Shown: positions 47,752-58,544 of the stretch, piece after piece
How positions within the stretch are numbered: the first letter of the stretch is position 1
How the letters are laid out: each line of letters starts with the position of its first letter
Assembly: GCF_052425735.1 (NCBI RefSeq)
Contig: NC_135761.1
Location: 50,406,001-50,470,000, forward strand
Direction: 5' to 3'
Source: Oculina patagonica
Taxonomy: Eukaryota
Length of the DNA stretch: 64,000 nt
Translations under genes and position numbers: made by a program
The notes under the pieces: model-generated
What the model saw: the letters and a program-made list of their open reading frames with translations, nothing else
Told to the model about the DNA's origin: nothing
Databases searched by the model: none

Positions 47752-48497
47752 TATTTATTACACTTAAAATTCGATATTCACAATTGTAGTAAATTCGGTC
47801 CAAATAGCATAAAGAGCTGACACACAACAACAGCAACGTTTAATGCTACTCCATTTTCCAACCACATGCTACAATTCCGTATCCCATAATATACACTGAA
47901 ACTGACTTCCGTTTAAAGTAGATACACAACAGTAATTTTGCGCGCTTTCTAACGAAAACAAGTTTTATACTAAACGAAGTATGGTACAGTCAGTATCTAT
48001 TGACTTCAGTGAATTACAGATGTTACCCGACAGAAGAGCACTTGGCTCCCATTTTCAGTACACGGAACTCGATACACAGTGGCTCTAATTTAAGCGCCAT
48101 CGTTTTTTCTGTCAGGCCTTCCTAGTCATTTTTTTTTAAATAACAGCTTTTACCACGATGGACTCGGAAACTCATGCTGAGACTAGTTCCTTCTTAAGAA
48201 ATTGTTATTTATCAATCTATCTTTCACAACAGATATGGTTTCTTGTTTTTTTTTTCCTGTGGGCTTCAAGCAAGTTTTAATGAATAATTTACAAATGGAG
48301 GAATCATGACGTGTACAAGTTCATTAATATTGAGTATATTTGCTCTATATACACTGGCAAAAACAACGCGAAGCTCCTATCCAAATGCATAAACGATTAT
48401 TCTGTTCAATTAAAGTGATCAATATGAATTATGATTAATATCAATAAAAATTTAAAAATTTACAAGAGGCGCATTATGCTAAGATTGCTTTGTCCAT

Positions 48498-49481
48498 TCA
48501 TTGTAATTCTGTCCCACGCATGACGTACGTATCTGGCTCGTGGCGTCGTCCTTGTTGTTCATCATGGCCGGTTGGTGCGGCACGGCTTAAAGACATTGAG
48601 GTCGAAAATGAAAGAAGGGTGACATTAGTATTTTGATGGTCGACAAAGGGAACAACTCGAGTTCGGAAATGACAGCATCCGCAACCAGGAAACAGTGCAA
48701 ACAATGTTCGGCGGTAAATTGGCATTCTAAAACAGTAAATGAGAAAATTGACAACCGAGTTGCTAAACTGAAGCAGTTTGATAACGAAGGCTACAAAAAC
48801 AGGTACCGTGTTACATGTAACACACTTAAGACTAACAATTACTAAGACTTGGAAAGGCATCCAAGTCACAATAAACATTCCTGTTATCAGAAACACCGTC
48901 TTTGACAACCTGGCCTCACTTCTTGCTCTGAAAGTACTGTGGAGGCGGGAGGCGTCCTTTTTCAAAATGACGCAATAGCAAATACACATTATTACCAAAG
49001 GAGTTGATAAGCTGATTATAATAATTGTTAAGAACTGCTGGATCTGTATGATGGCGAAACCAAGCAGCACTCGAGATGACGTCACAGCGATGGAGAGAAT
49101 CCACGGCGTTACTATGACAACGACATAACTGCTTAACGTTAGCTGTCGATGGCGAAGAGGTTGGGCAATGGCGCTAAGTCTTTCAAGGGAAATAAAGACC
49201 AATGTGAACACTGACGAAAAGCCAGTGAACATGTCCACGCAGTCAAAGACAAGTGAAGACAACAATTTCTGCCCCGTTGTAACGATGATCACGTACATTG
49301 GTATAGCAAATAATCCAACCAACAGGTCTGCGATTGCCAAACTGATTAACAAGAAATGGGCACGTTTGCGAAGCCTTCGCTTGAGAAGAATTACGATGGA
49401 CAGAGAGTTCCCAACAATGATTAAAAATGCCACTGTTCCATAGCAAGAACTCCAGAACACATTCCATTTATTGAAGTCCAT
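48498..49481 (-). CDS. Class A GPCR, copy G, 327 aa
   Basis: 7TM; GN, LAIAD, ERL, TWMPF, NFLIY; more divergent paralog. Confidence 0.95.
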   Translation of the reverse strand: MDFNKWNVFWSSCYGTVAFLIIVGNSLSIVILLKRRLRKRAHFLLISLAIADLLVGLFAIPMYVIIVTTGQKLLSSLVFDCVDMFTGFSSVFTLVFISLERLSAIAQPLRHRQLTLSSYVVVIVTPWILSIAVTSSRVLLGFAIIQIQQFLTIIIISLSTPLVIMCICYCVILKKDASRLHSTFRARSEARLSKTVFLITGMFIVTWMPFQVLVIVSLKCVTCNTVPVFVAFVIKLLQFSNSVVNFLIYCFRMPIYRRTLFALFPGCGCCHFRTRVVPFVDHQNTNVTLLSFSTSMSLSRAAPTGHDEQQGRRHEPDTYVMRGTELQ

Positions 49482-49599
49482 TATGAGTCTCCTATATTTA
49501 CCCCGGGATTAAAAAAAAAAGATAAGTCGTGAGCAGTGTGGGGTAGATGTATTGTGAGTCTGGTTTCCAGTCAATCAAGCAGTCCATCACACAATCACT

Positions 49600-49720
49600 G
49601 AATCAATCAATCAATCAATCGAAGGTTAGCCATTAGACAGTCAATCAGACAGTCAATCAATCAATTAATCAATCAATCAATCAATCAATCAATCAACTAG
49701 GAACTCAATCAACAAGTCAA
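49600..49720. repeat. (TCAA)n microsatellite
   Basis: Imperfect tetranucleotide run. Confidence 0.9.
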
Positions 49721-52700
49721 TCACATATGCATTTGATAGGTATTATCTCCACACATACTGATTTCTAACATATATAACGAGTTTGATTGTAACGTATGGC
49801 TTTTGTTGCTCTGTTGGTTTACTGTCCTGCACTGCATTTAGTTAATCAGTGACGGATCAAGTTGTACAGAAGCTTTCTATTTTTTAACAAGACTGAGGGC
49901 TCACCTTTACTCCCCTCCCCCCAACCCTTTTTTAGCAAGAAAAGACCCATCTCTGCTCCTGCGAACCTTCGTTAAAACACCTCTGGATCTGCTGCTGTAA
50001 ACAACTCTCAAAAAGCTAAACGATCATATAATCTTAAGTTATCGAGAAGCAAAATTCAACTCAATGTGTGGCCTCGTCAGTTACTGAAGCAATTACCGAC
50101 CAATTACCGCTCGTCGCCCTACGGAAAGGTTTTCCACCATTTGCAATGTCTGAATAAAGAAAGCCAACAAATCATTGTTTGCCGTTTAATATACGACTAT
50201 ATACACAATCAGTGCTTACAACTCACGGGAGCATTTTTCGTAACACAACTTTGCTATGAAGAGCATAACAAAACAGAAACGCACAGCGAATGATAGTTTG
50301 ACCACACAGCTCGCTATCGAATGTTCTATCCCCATGTTTATCCTAGCCAGCCGGCCATTCAAAATGTGTTGCGTGTGTAAGTAAGCTATTTACATCTAAA
50401 TTTCTTACCAATGTTATCTTAGAGCCCGCAGTAAAGGTTGGCTGCTTTGACAAGAAGTAAATCTAACAGCTTGTCAGCAGCTTTGGACTGCCGGGTGGAC
50501 TCATCTAGTTCTTGTCCGATGACTTTCTAAGCGGTAGCTTGAGCTTCGTGTAGCCTGCAAAACTATCACCGACTAAATTTGTAATGACGCGACGGCATAG
50601 GTGTTGAAATTTTCCATTTACTTAGCCAGACCAAATATTTTTCTTCCATTGTCGAGTCTAATTATTTTTGACATGATCTTAGATGTAAGCATAAGTGGTT
50701 GTTTTGTGTAAAGTAAATAAGTAATCGCATCCGTTCCTGATCAGGCTATTTTTGTAGAAATTATCATAGGGACCAGTCGATAGTTGTGAGCAGCTTTTCT
50801 TCAAAGACAGTTTTAAATTCACATGAAAAATTTAGAATTCCAACAGTTTATGGCATGCACGGGCGATCTCAAAGCACATACGTTTCCATTAACCATATTG
50901 CCAATATACACAAAACTGGCAGATTGAAAGAAACTGAACTCGGTAGGTAAATGAACGTTTAGAACGTTTGCAGTATATCTTTCTTCGAATCACTTTGAAA
51001 AAGTACTGAATATACTTAAAGCAAAGTATAATTTTTGAATCTACGACCGCCCAAATTGCTTTAAAAAAAACTTTGTGGAAACAACCTAAAATGATCCAAA
51101 AATGTTTTGTTGACTTTTGTACATAAATTAGTTTATATAAGCCAGCAGGATTGCCTTGACCTAACAGCATTTGGGTCTTTCTGTGTAAACATAGAAAGCT
51201 TTTGTTATTTTAGTAATCATTACAGTTCAAACATTGCGAGAAAAGGGTAATCGAAACAGCGACAGCCTGCCATAAAACAATTCTCACTAAGTGAAAAAGC
51301 TTTACAAAATTTTCATTTAATTGCGGAACATTACAGGACGGGGTAACGCAAGCAGAAAAGTAAACGACCAGTGAAACTTTGAAAAACAATATTTGCCAAA
51401 AGTTGTAAACAGGAACCATAATACAGCGAAATGGTTATGCCTATCATAATGCTGTCTGGTTTTAATTGTCTTCAAAGAATACTATTTTGCACAATGCTTT
51501 CATATTGTCACATTTTATTTCAAATATGAATTGTTTTTTCTTTAGCATATATAGTTACAAAAAGGGAAATTACCGGAGGTTTGTTAGGCAAAGTCAATAT
51601 TTGAGATTGTACACCTTAACCCATAAAAAAGATATATGTCTCGCCAATGCAATATTGGAAAATAACATACGTCTGAGAGTGAACTTTTAAACGACAGACA
51701 TAAACACACAATTTTAGATAAAGAATAATTATATGTTTTAAAAACATATTGTATACTGCAAAACTGAGTCAACTAAGGTTTAATCATGCAACTGTTATTC
51801 AGAGATGTCACAGTGATAGGAATGAATGATGTAAATCAGTCTTAACATTGTGGTTTAGTCACTTATCTATTATAGCACTGACTTATGCTCTCACGAAGGC
51901 ACGTAAGCAAATAAAAAATGGCGCTGTGGAATATTGATAAAAGTTAACCGGTTTACCTAATAGCTACCAACTAAGTGACTACATGAAGAACGATGTATGC
52001 CTTAGTGTCAGTTAAATATATATCATCGACATACAACTGTATTGCCATAAATGTGATTAAGAAAATACTGTCGTGTTTGCGCCTAGCATTAGAAACGAAG
52101 TTGCAGATATCCAAGTTTCTCGCCGCCAAAAAAATGGGAAGACTTATGATAATTGTATACAATTAATGGAAAGCATGAAACTGAAGATGAAACTGACAAC
52201 ACTAACTACATTGGAGCAGGGAGCAGGCAGTTAATGTCGTTAATGTTGTGCGAAATAATAATACACAGTGAAACTTCTATTTAGCGGTCACCCTCTGGAA
52301 ATGAGCTGTTGGCTGCTCGATCGATCAATGAAAGTTATAGAAGTTTCAGCCGGAAATCTGACGCACTGGGCGTGGTAGAAACTTATTTGTTGAAGTATAC
52401 AGCTAATTCGAGAATGGTTCCCGAAAAAAAAAAATCACAAACGTGCACGCGACAAGTCCGAAAGGTTGTCTGGGTATTCATTTCAATTTTGCATATTGCC
52501 CTAGAGGCAATGTACAAGTTTGTATTTTTGCACGTGAAGATTTTGTTTTTCCTCTCTCTTCGTTTCAATCTTCTTCACTTTCGGCCATCCTTACCTTCTT
52601 TTATATTTGCTGTGTTGAAATGTTGCTTTACTGATTTTAGTGGTTATTTCTATATTTTTTTGAATTTAGTGGCCATTTCCTGAGCCTACAGTTTAGCTAA

Positions 52701-53163
52701 AATCTGTGACACAGTTTCTTTAATGTAAGCGTTGTAGCCGCTTTATATACACACAGAAAACAAAACACGAAATTATTTCAGAAAATTGTAAAATGTCAGA
52801 CCCTCTTTACCAGTAAGGGAAAGAAAAAGATGATGATGAAAATATTACGGGCCAAAAACTATTTTATTAATGCTATTTTACCTTTACATTACAATAATTA
52901 TATATCCCATCACAGAATGATAGTCGTCTAGAGTCATTTCTAAATGATTCGCGCTTTACATAGCAGTATTGAGTTTTCTCTTGGCGTATAGAATGTGTTC
53001 GTCTTCAACGTATCACAGCCGTATTTTTACGCTGTTTATGAATCCATTCAATTTTTTCCCGCGATTACAACACTCTGATGGAACATTGCTGCTCTTTTAT
53101 GAAGCCAATTGTATATTAAGTGAAACCCAACTGCCTAAAACATTTGCAGTACAACACTAAGGC

Positions 53164-54267
53164 TTAAACTACTGATACACTTACATAGGTCCTGCGACTA
53201 GAACTTCTTCTAGAACTTTTGGGGCTATAACTTTTAATTTCAAAACACTTTCGCCTCAGACTTGACGAATTTAACCCCGACGAGACAATATTTTCAGTCC
53301 CCATGCAAAGGCGAACATTCAGTGAAGAATACGAGCCAAGAATCCCGCTAAATGTATTTAAAGTTTCTCCTCGTAGATTTCTGAGAGGGATTTCGTCATT
53401 TAAAACACTGTACCTGCAGTTGAAATTTTCCGAAATTGCTTTTCGAAACTCTGGTATTCTCAATGAGTAGATTACGGTATTCATGAACGAGTTGCAATAC
53501 TGTAAAAGCTTAATAAAGTTCACTACATTTTGTGAAGGTAATGGACATTCCAGGCAGAAATGAACAACGTATAGCAGGCTCTGAAATGGCAACCATGTTA
53601 AAACGAACACTCCTGTCACCAGGCATAAAGTCTTAGCAAGTCTCTTGTCATGTTCCCGTCCCAAACCATTTCGGTCGCGAAAGCGAACCTTTAACCACAA
53701 AGCGACGTACGCAGCACACGTGATAATAAATGACGTCAGTAGAGCTGTGAGGACAATGTCAAGGGTGGCAACGTAAGGTGCTATTTTGTAACGATAAAGC
53801 AAGTTAATCATCGAGATAGTCAGAGCAGAGAACCAACCAAGACCAATGAAACCAAAGTACACTCGTTTTCGAAGACGTCGGTGGACGAGAGGCCAACCAA
53901 TGGCGAAAAATCTTTCAACTGAAATCATTGCCAATGTAAACACGGACGCGAGGCCTGACAGAATGTCCACTGCTTCGAACAAGTGATGCACGGCTCCTTT
54001 TTGCAAATCAGTTTGGACGCTTAAGTAAATATAAAGTGGAATCGCTACGGCTCCTACCATCACGTCAGCTATAGCCAAGCTGATCAGAAAGAAGAGTGTA
54101 CGTTTGCGAACAAGCCTCCTGGTAGTGAATGCTGCGATTGTAAGAGTATTGCCCGCCACAATGACAACAGCGACCATGGCAAAGACGGTGCTCCATGCAA
54201 TGTTTGCCTTCTCTGACAGAACAACCTCTTGAGTCCTATTCGGCTGTGATTTCAAAGAGTTACCCAT
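53164..54267 (-). CDS. Class A GPCR, copy H (most divergent), 367 aa
   Basis: 7TM; GN, LAIAD, ERF, TWLPF, NTVIY, EFRKA; Ser-rich C-tail; N-glycosylation sequon NRT. Acceptor TTTTCTCAACAG ending at 54283 suggests the start is MGNS at 54267 rather than 54306. Confidence 0.93.
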   Translation of the reverse strand: MGNSLKSQPNRTQEVVLSEKANIAWSTVFAMVAVVIVAGNTLTIAAFTTRRLVRKRTLFFLISLAIADVMVGAVAIPLYIYLSVQTDLQKGAVHHLFEAVDILSGLASVFTLAMISVERFFAIGWPLVHRRLRKRVYFGFIGLGWFSALTISMINLLYRYKIAPYVATLDIVLTALLTSFIITCAAYVALWLKVRFRDRNGLGREHDKRLAKTLCLVTGVFVLTWLPFQSLLYVVHFCLECPLPSQNVVNFIKLLQYCNSFMNTVIYSLRIPEFRKAISENFNCRYSVLNDEIPLRNLRGETLNTFSGILGSYSSLNVRLCMGTENIVSSGLNSSSLRRKCFEIKSYSPKSSRRSSSRRTYVSVSVV

Positions 54268-54345
54268 TTTAAATGAAAAGATCTGTTGAGAAAAGGAAAA
54301 CACCATTAGTTCAACTGCGCTTCGTGAATTTCAATTTTAGATATA

Positions 54346-55449
54346 CATTCAACTCTCTCTTTACAGACACTGCTATAAGACGGATACCTCTCTAAGATAT
54401 ATAGACACCTGAGGGCCCGGTTGTTCAAAACTCCGATTAAACTAACCAACGATTAAGCCTAATCGTCGATTAAAATTCCTAACACCGGGTTAGCTAATCG
54501 GTGGAATTGAGAACGTTGTTCAAAGCCCGATTAGAGGCGTGATTAGTTAATCGCCGATTAACGGTTAGTACTTGGTGTAAAATCACTTGTATTGTCTCGC
54601 TAATCGACGATTAATATCCCAAAATGCAATTCTCCTTGAGTAAACACTGCGATGGTTTCCAATATGGCGGCTGTAGTGTCGCATGTGGTAAAAGGAAAAC
54701 AACTGTGGCGACGTAAAACTAACAGGTCCGATTCGAAAATAATCATGTTTCCACTCGCATTAAATCATAGTGATGACTAGCATTTGAACAATTGGTTTCA
54801 GAGTGTGACCAGGCTTCGTAAATCTTCCTCTACGAGGTTTGTAATTTACTGGATGCAGGATGTAAGCGATGCAAGCTTATTGAATTATTTATAGACGTTC
54901 TGCGGAAGCAAGGCCGTAGTTCTTGTTTTTGTATTGTATTTATTGTTTTATAAAGTTTAACATAAAGTTAACACAGAAAAGAAATGTACAGCAAAAAGTA
55001 AATAAAACTATTTTAACGACAAAGGTCGTAGTTTTTGATCGCAACAAGCCAGTATGGTATCGTTATATTGAAAACTTCGCAGGCGTCTTTGTCTCACAAA
55101 CAACAAGTCCGCCATTTTTTCCAGTTTAATCGGCCGATTAGTGAGTTAATCTTCTCCCGGAGCAGTGTTAAATTTAACCCTTAGTTTAATCGTTGATTAG
55201 CGCTAATCGGGCTTCGAGCAACGCAATCTAATCGCTGGTTAACTCTGGTTAAAATTTAATCGCCGATTAGCATATTTAATCGCTGATTAGCACTAATCGG
55301 AGTTTTGAACAACCGGGCCCTGGCGTTGATCCCTGTCGTTTCCCGGTTATTTTACTGTAACTAAACTCCCAATAAGACGGAAACCCCTTTTAGACGGACA
55401 GTTAGAGCCGGTCGCGACGGTGCGATGTCCGGCTAGAGAGAGTTGACTG
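54346..55449. mobile_element. Tc1/mariner-pogo-type MITE hosting a nested element
   Basis: TA|CA(T/G)TCAACTCTCTCT ... AGAGAGAGTTGACTG|TA; internal TAAGACGGA repeats. Confidence 0.8.
54413..55320. mobile_element. Non-autonomous PIF/Harbinger-like element
   Basis: 27 bp perfect TIR GGGCCCGGTTGTTCAAAACTCCGATTA / TAATCGGAGTTTTGAACAACCGGGCCC; subterminal TAATCGnnGATTA palindromes; TSD ambiguous. Confidence 0.85.
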
Positions 55450-55694
55450 TAGATATGTAGAGCTGATTTTGATATACGTGGGAACTGTAATAATATATCT
55501 CAAACAATACGTAATTCGTGTTTTAATTTTGTTGTTGTTTGTTTTGTCACAGGTTTTGATTCCTGCTTTTTTGTATGAACCTTGAAAATTATTTTTGGTG
55601 GTTTCGGGTCTTGTGCTAATATGGGACTAGGAGCAAAGGACGATGTAGCAGTGCTGCTCTCAGAACCCTTACCGCTACACCGGCACCATCACTG

Positions 55695-56060
55695 CAGCTT
55701 TCGAATATGATCGCAGACGATCGCAGAATTGTACCTTTTGTGATCTGCGGTCATATGGAAACACGCATCGTTTTGCAATCCATTGCGTTTGTCTGTGATG
55801 GATTGCAGACGATTGCAGAGGATCGTAAAAAACAGAACCATGTTCTATTCCTTGCGATCGCGGATCGTCTGCGATCGTTTGCGATCATTGCCATTATATG
55901 GAAACACAACTGCAATCTATGCGATCGAAACTCCCGATCCCATCATTATATTAAACACTTCTACGATCGTTAGCGATCATATGGATACAGTTCGCTATGC
56001 AATCTTTGCTATCACACGGTTCAGTACTTTCTGCGTTTTTCGATCGTCCTCGATTGCATT
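55695..56060. repeat. Degenerate MITE-like repeat rich in GATCGC/GCGATC
   Basis: Multiple ATATGATCGCAGACGATCGC / GCGATC..ATATGGAAAC inverted motifs. Confidence 0.5.
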
Positions 56061-56232
56061 CATATTGAAACAAGGTAAAAAGTCATCTTGCTATGCCATT
56101 GCGTTACGCTCGTTGCAGAGACACCTGTCTTTATCGGTGTCTCTCTCCTCCTGGCCAAGGAGTATAAAATAATGATCTGTACCGACGAACTGTCAGGGTG
56201 ACTAAAATATGCTCCGGGGAACTGCCCTGTTA

Positions 56233-56481
56233 CAGGGCCGTAGCCAGACCCATGACATGGGCGAGGCACAAAAAAATTTGAGTGTCAAAAGCACGAGCCA
56301 TAAGCGGAGCCTGAAAAAAAAAATTGAAAAATAGCAGCTCTGGGATACTTTTTTCGCATTTTTCACGAGGTTTTTCTTCAGAAAAATCAGCCAGGTTCAA
56401 CTGAACGGATTTTTTTTTAATTTGGCTATAAATCAAGACGAGGCAAGTGCCTCGTCTTCCCTGTTGCTAGTTACGGCCCTG
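56233..56481. mobile_element. Short MITE
   Basis: CAGGGCCGTAGCCAG / CTAGTTACGGCCCTG, TA on both sides. Confidence 0.7.
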
Positions 56482-58353
56482 TATTATGGACATATATAAA
56501 ACTTGGACATTAAACTAAATGAAAATGAGGAATAAATAATCGTTATCCTTATCCTGGATCAAACTTCTGTATTTGAATACCGACCTAAATTTAACATTTA
56601 GTAGTTAGTTATTTTCTGCTTCAAACACAAAACTATTCAATGACATAAATTATGGCTCGAAAAAGACCTTATATTTTCCTTTTTCTTTATAATTTCCAAA
56701 TACTTAAATGTCGTTTCTTTTCATTTTTTTTTTGCCTCAATAAATAAAATGATAAAACAAAATTTGTTCAGATCAGCAAAAACCTGAATTAAAACTGGCA
56801 AGAAAATTACATTGTGTAATAATTATTCGTCTTTTGCAGCAGCCCACAGTCTCCTATGACGCAGATAGAAACGAGAAATATGAGAATGAATTAAATTTTG
56901 GAAATGAATGATACATTGAAGACATGCCGGCTATGATGTTAAAAACTCAAAAAAAAACTTAATTTAAAAACAAGAGAGGATTGAAACATTTAAACATATC
57001 ACTCGTTGTTTCGCGGCGTTAAATTTGCATTTAGATATCCATATTTTGTTCCAAATCGGTCGCAACTGCGGTTAAGGTTAATTGCTTTCTGCCGATAGTA
57101 AAATTGCAATATTGGTTTTTTGAAGATAAAGAAATTACCTTGGAAAAAGATTGAAAGTCAAGTTAATTTTTCTCTCTTTGTTTTTTCTCTATTGTTCGAA
57201 GACAATCTTAAAGCTATTATTACAATTGCGTTCTTTGTGTGTTTTCCATTGCACCCTGTAATATACTCGCTCTCAAAATAGAAAAGAAATTTAATTTCAT
57301 TGCGACTTAACATGAAGTAAGGTTTCCGTACACTCCAAGAGTAACGTATAACCGCATTTTCTGCTACGGAAAATAAGAAGATGACCGATTTTCAATCATA
57401 GGGGTCGAAATAAAATTAAAAAAAAACAGTATCGTGAAGCTTCGTGCATGAAGCCTATATAACCTGACCTAGCAATGCAGCGTTCAACACTGAGACTTTT
57501 AACAGCTATTAAAAAATACTGAAATTGTTACTCGTCTTAGAATAAGATACATGTCTTTGACTCAACTTACAAAATCTACAGTACACTAGATCCGTTTATA
57601 TTGCCGAAGAAGCTGATAACGAAAACGATGCCTCTATCACCAATGTGCCCACTAACATAAGAGCATTTCTTAAATTAAGTTAGTTGGAAAGATGGCAACT
57701 TACACGAGGATTTCTTGAGACCAACTGCCACAATCCGCACAATCTTCAAGTTCGACCGAAACCCGTCGGTAAAATGACTGCTAACGGTAAAATCGAAATT
57801 AACAATTGGTTATCAGTTCTGATAACAACATGCAGACTGACACATTTTCATGGAATAAAAACCTTCGCAGATACTGTCTAATTGACCTTCACCATAGCAA
57901 TGACGTTTTCATTTACTTTCCTTCCGTTAATTAAAGTCTCAATGTAAAATGCATTATGGCCTTGAGCTTAAAAAACTAATGCAATCAAATCTCATTCATT
58001 TTCCTTTCTTAAAATGAAATTTTAATCACGTTCAAGGTCGATTATCACAAAAAATCTTAACTTAGATATTTGCAAAATTTGTACTCAGCAGCTAGATACA
58101 GGCAAAAAAAGCAAGATAAAAAACGAACGCGTACCTTGAATTCTATGCCGACACACCTGTAAAATTGAAATTGATGAACGTTATTTTCTTGCTTCCTGTT
58201 TGCCGCGTGATTAAAGTTAGCCTTTACAAATATATTCGCTTCGTAAAGTAGTCGGAATACATCAGAACACATTAGCATTTTGTCGCTTCTAATATGAAAT
58301 GAGCCTTCTGTGTGACAAACCGCACGTCATATTAAACTTTATTAAACAAAACA

Positions 58354-58544
58354 CTTTATTGCTACTTATTTTCGCGGGACTTATTTTTGCGATTTTCAAA
58401 AATCGGAAATTAAAGACCCGCGAAAATTTATTTTTACGTTTTCTATTGTATTTTGTGTTTATGGCCACACGCGAAAATTAAGTCCCCGAAATATGCCCGT
58501 TCCATCGCGAAATTAAGTTCCCACGAAAATAAGTAACAATAAGG
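58354..58544. mobile_element. Short MITE
   Basis: TTATTGCTACTTATTTTCGCGGG / CCCACGAAAATAAGTAACAATAA inverted ends; internal CGCGAAAATT repeats. Confidence 0.7.

Noticed and set aside
13134-54267. Assigning named receptor symbols (adenosine, histamine, octopamine, melanocortin)
   Set aside because: Motifs are mixed and orthology cannot be established without phylogeny.
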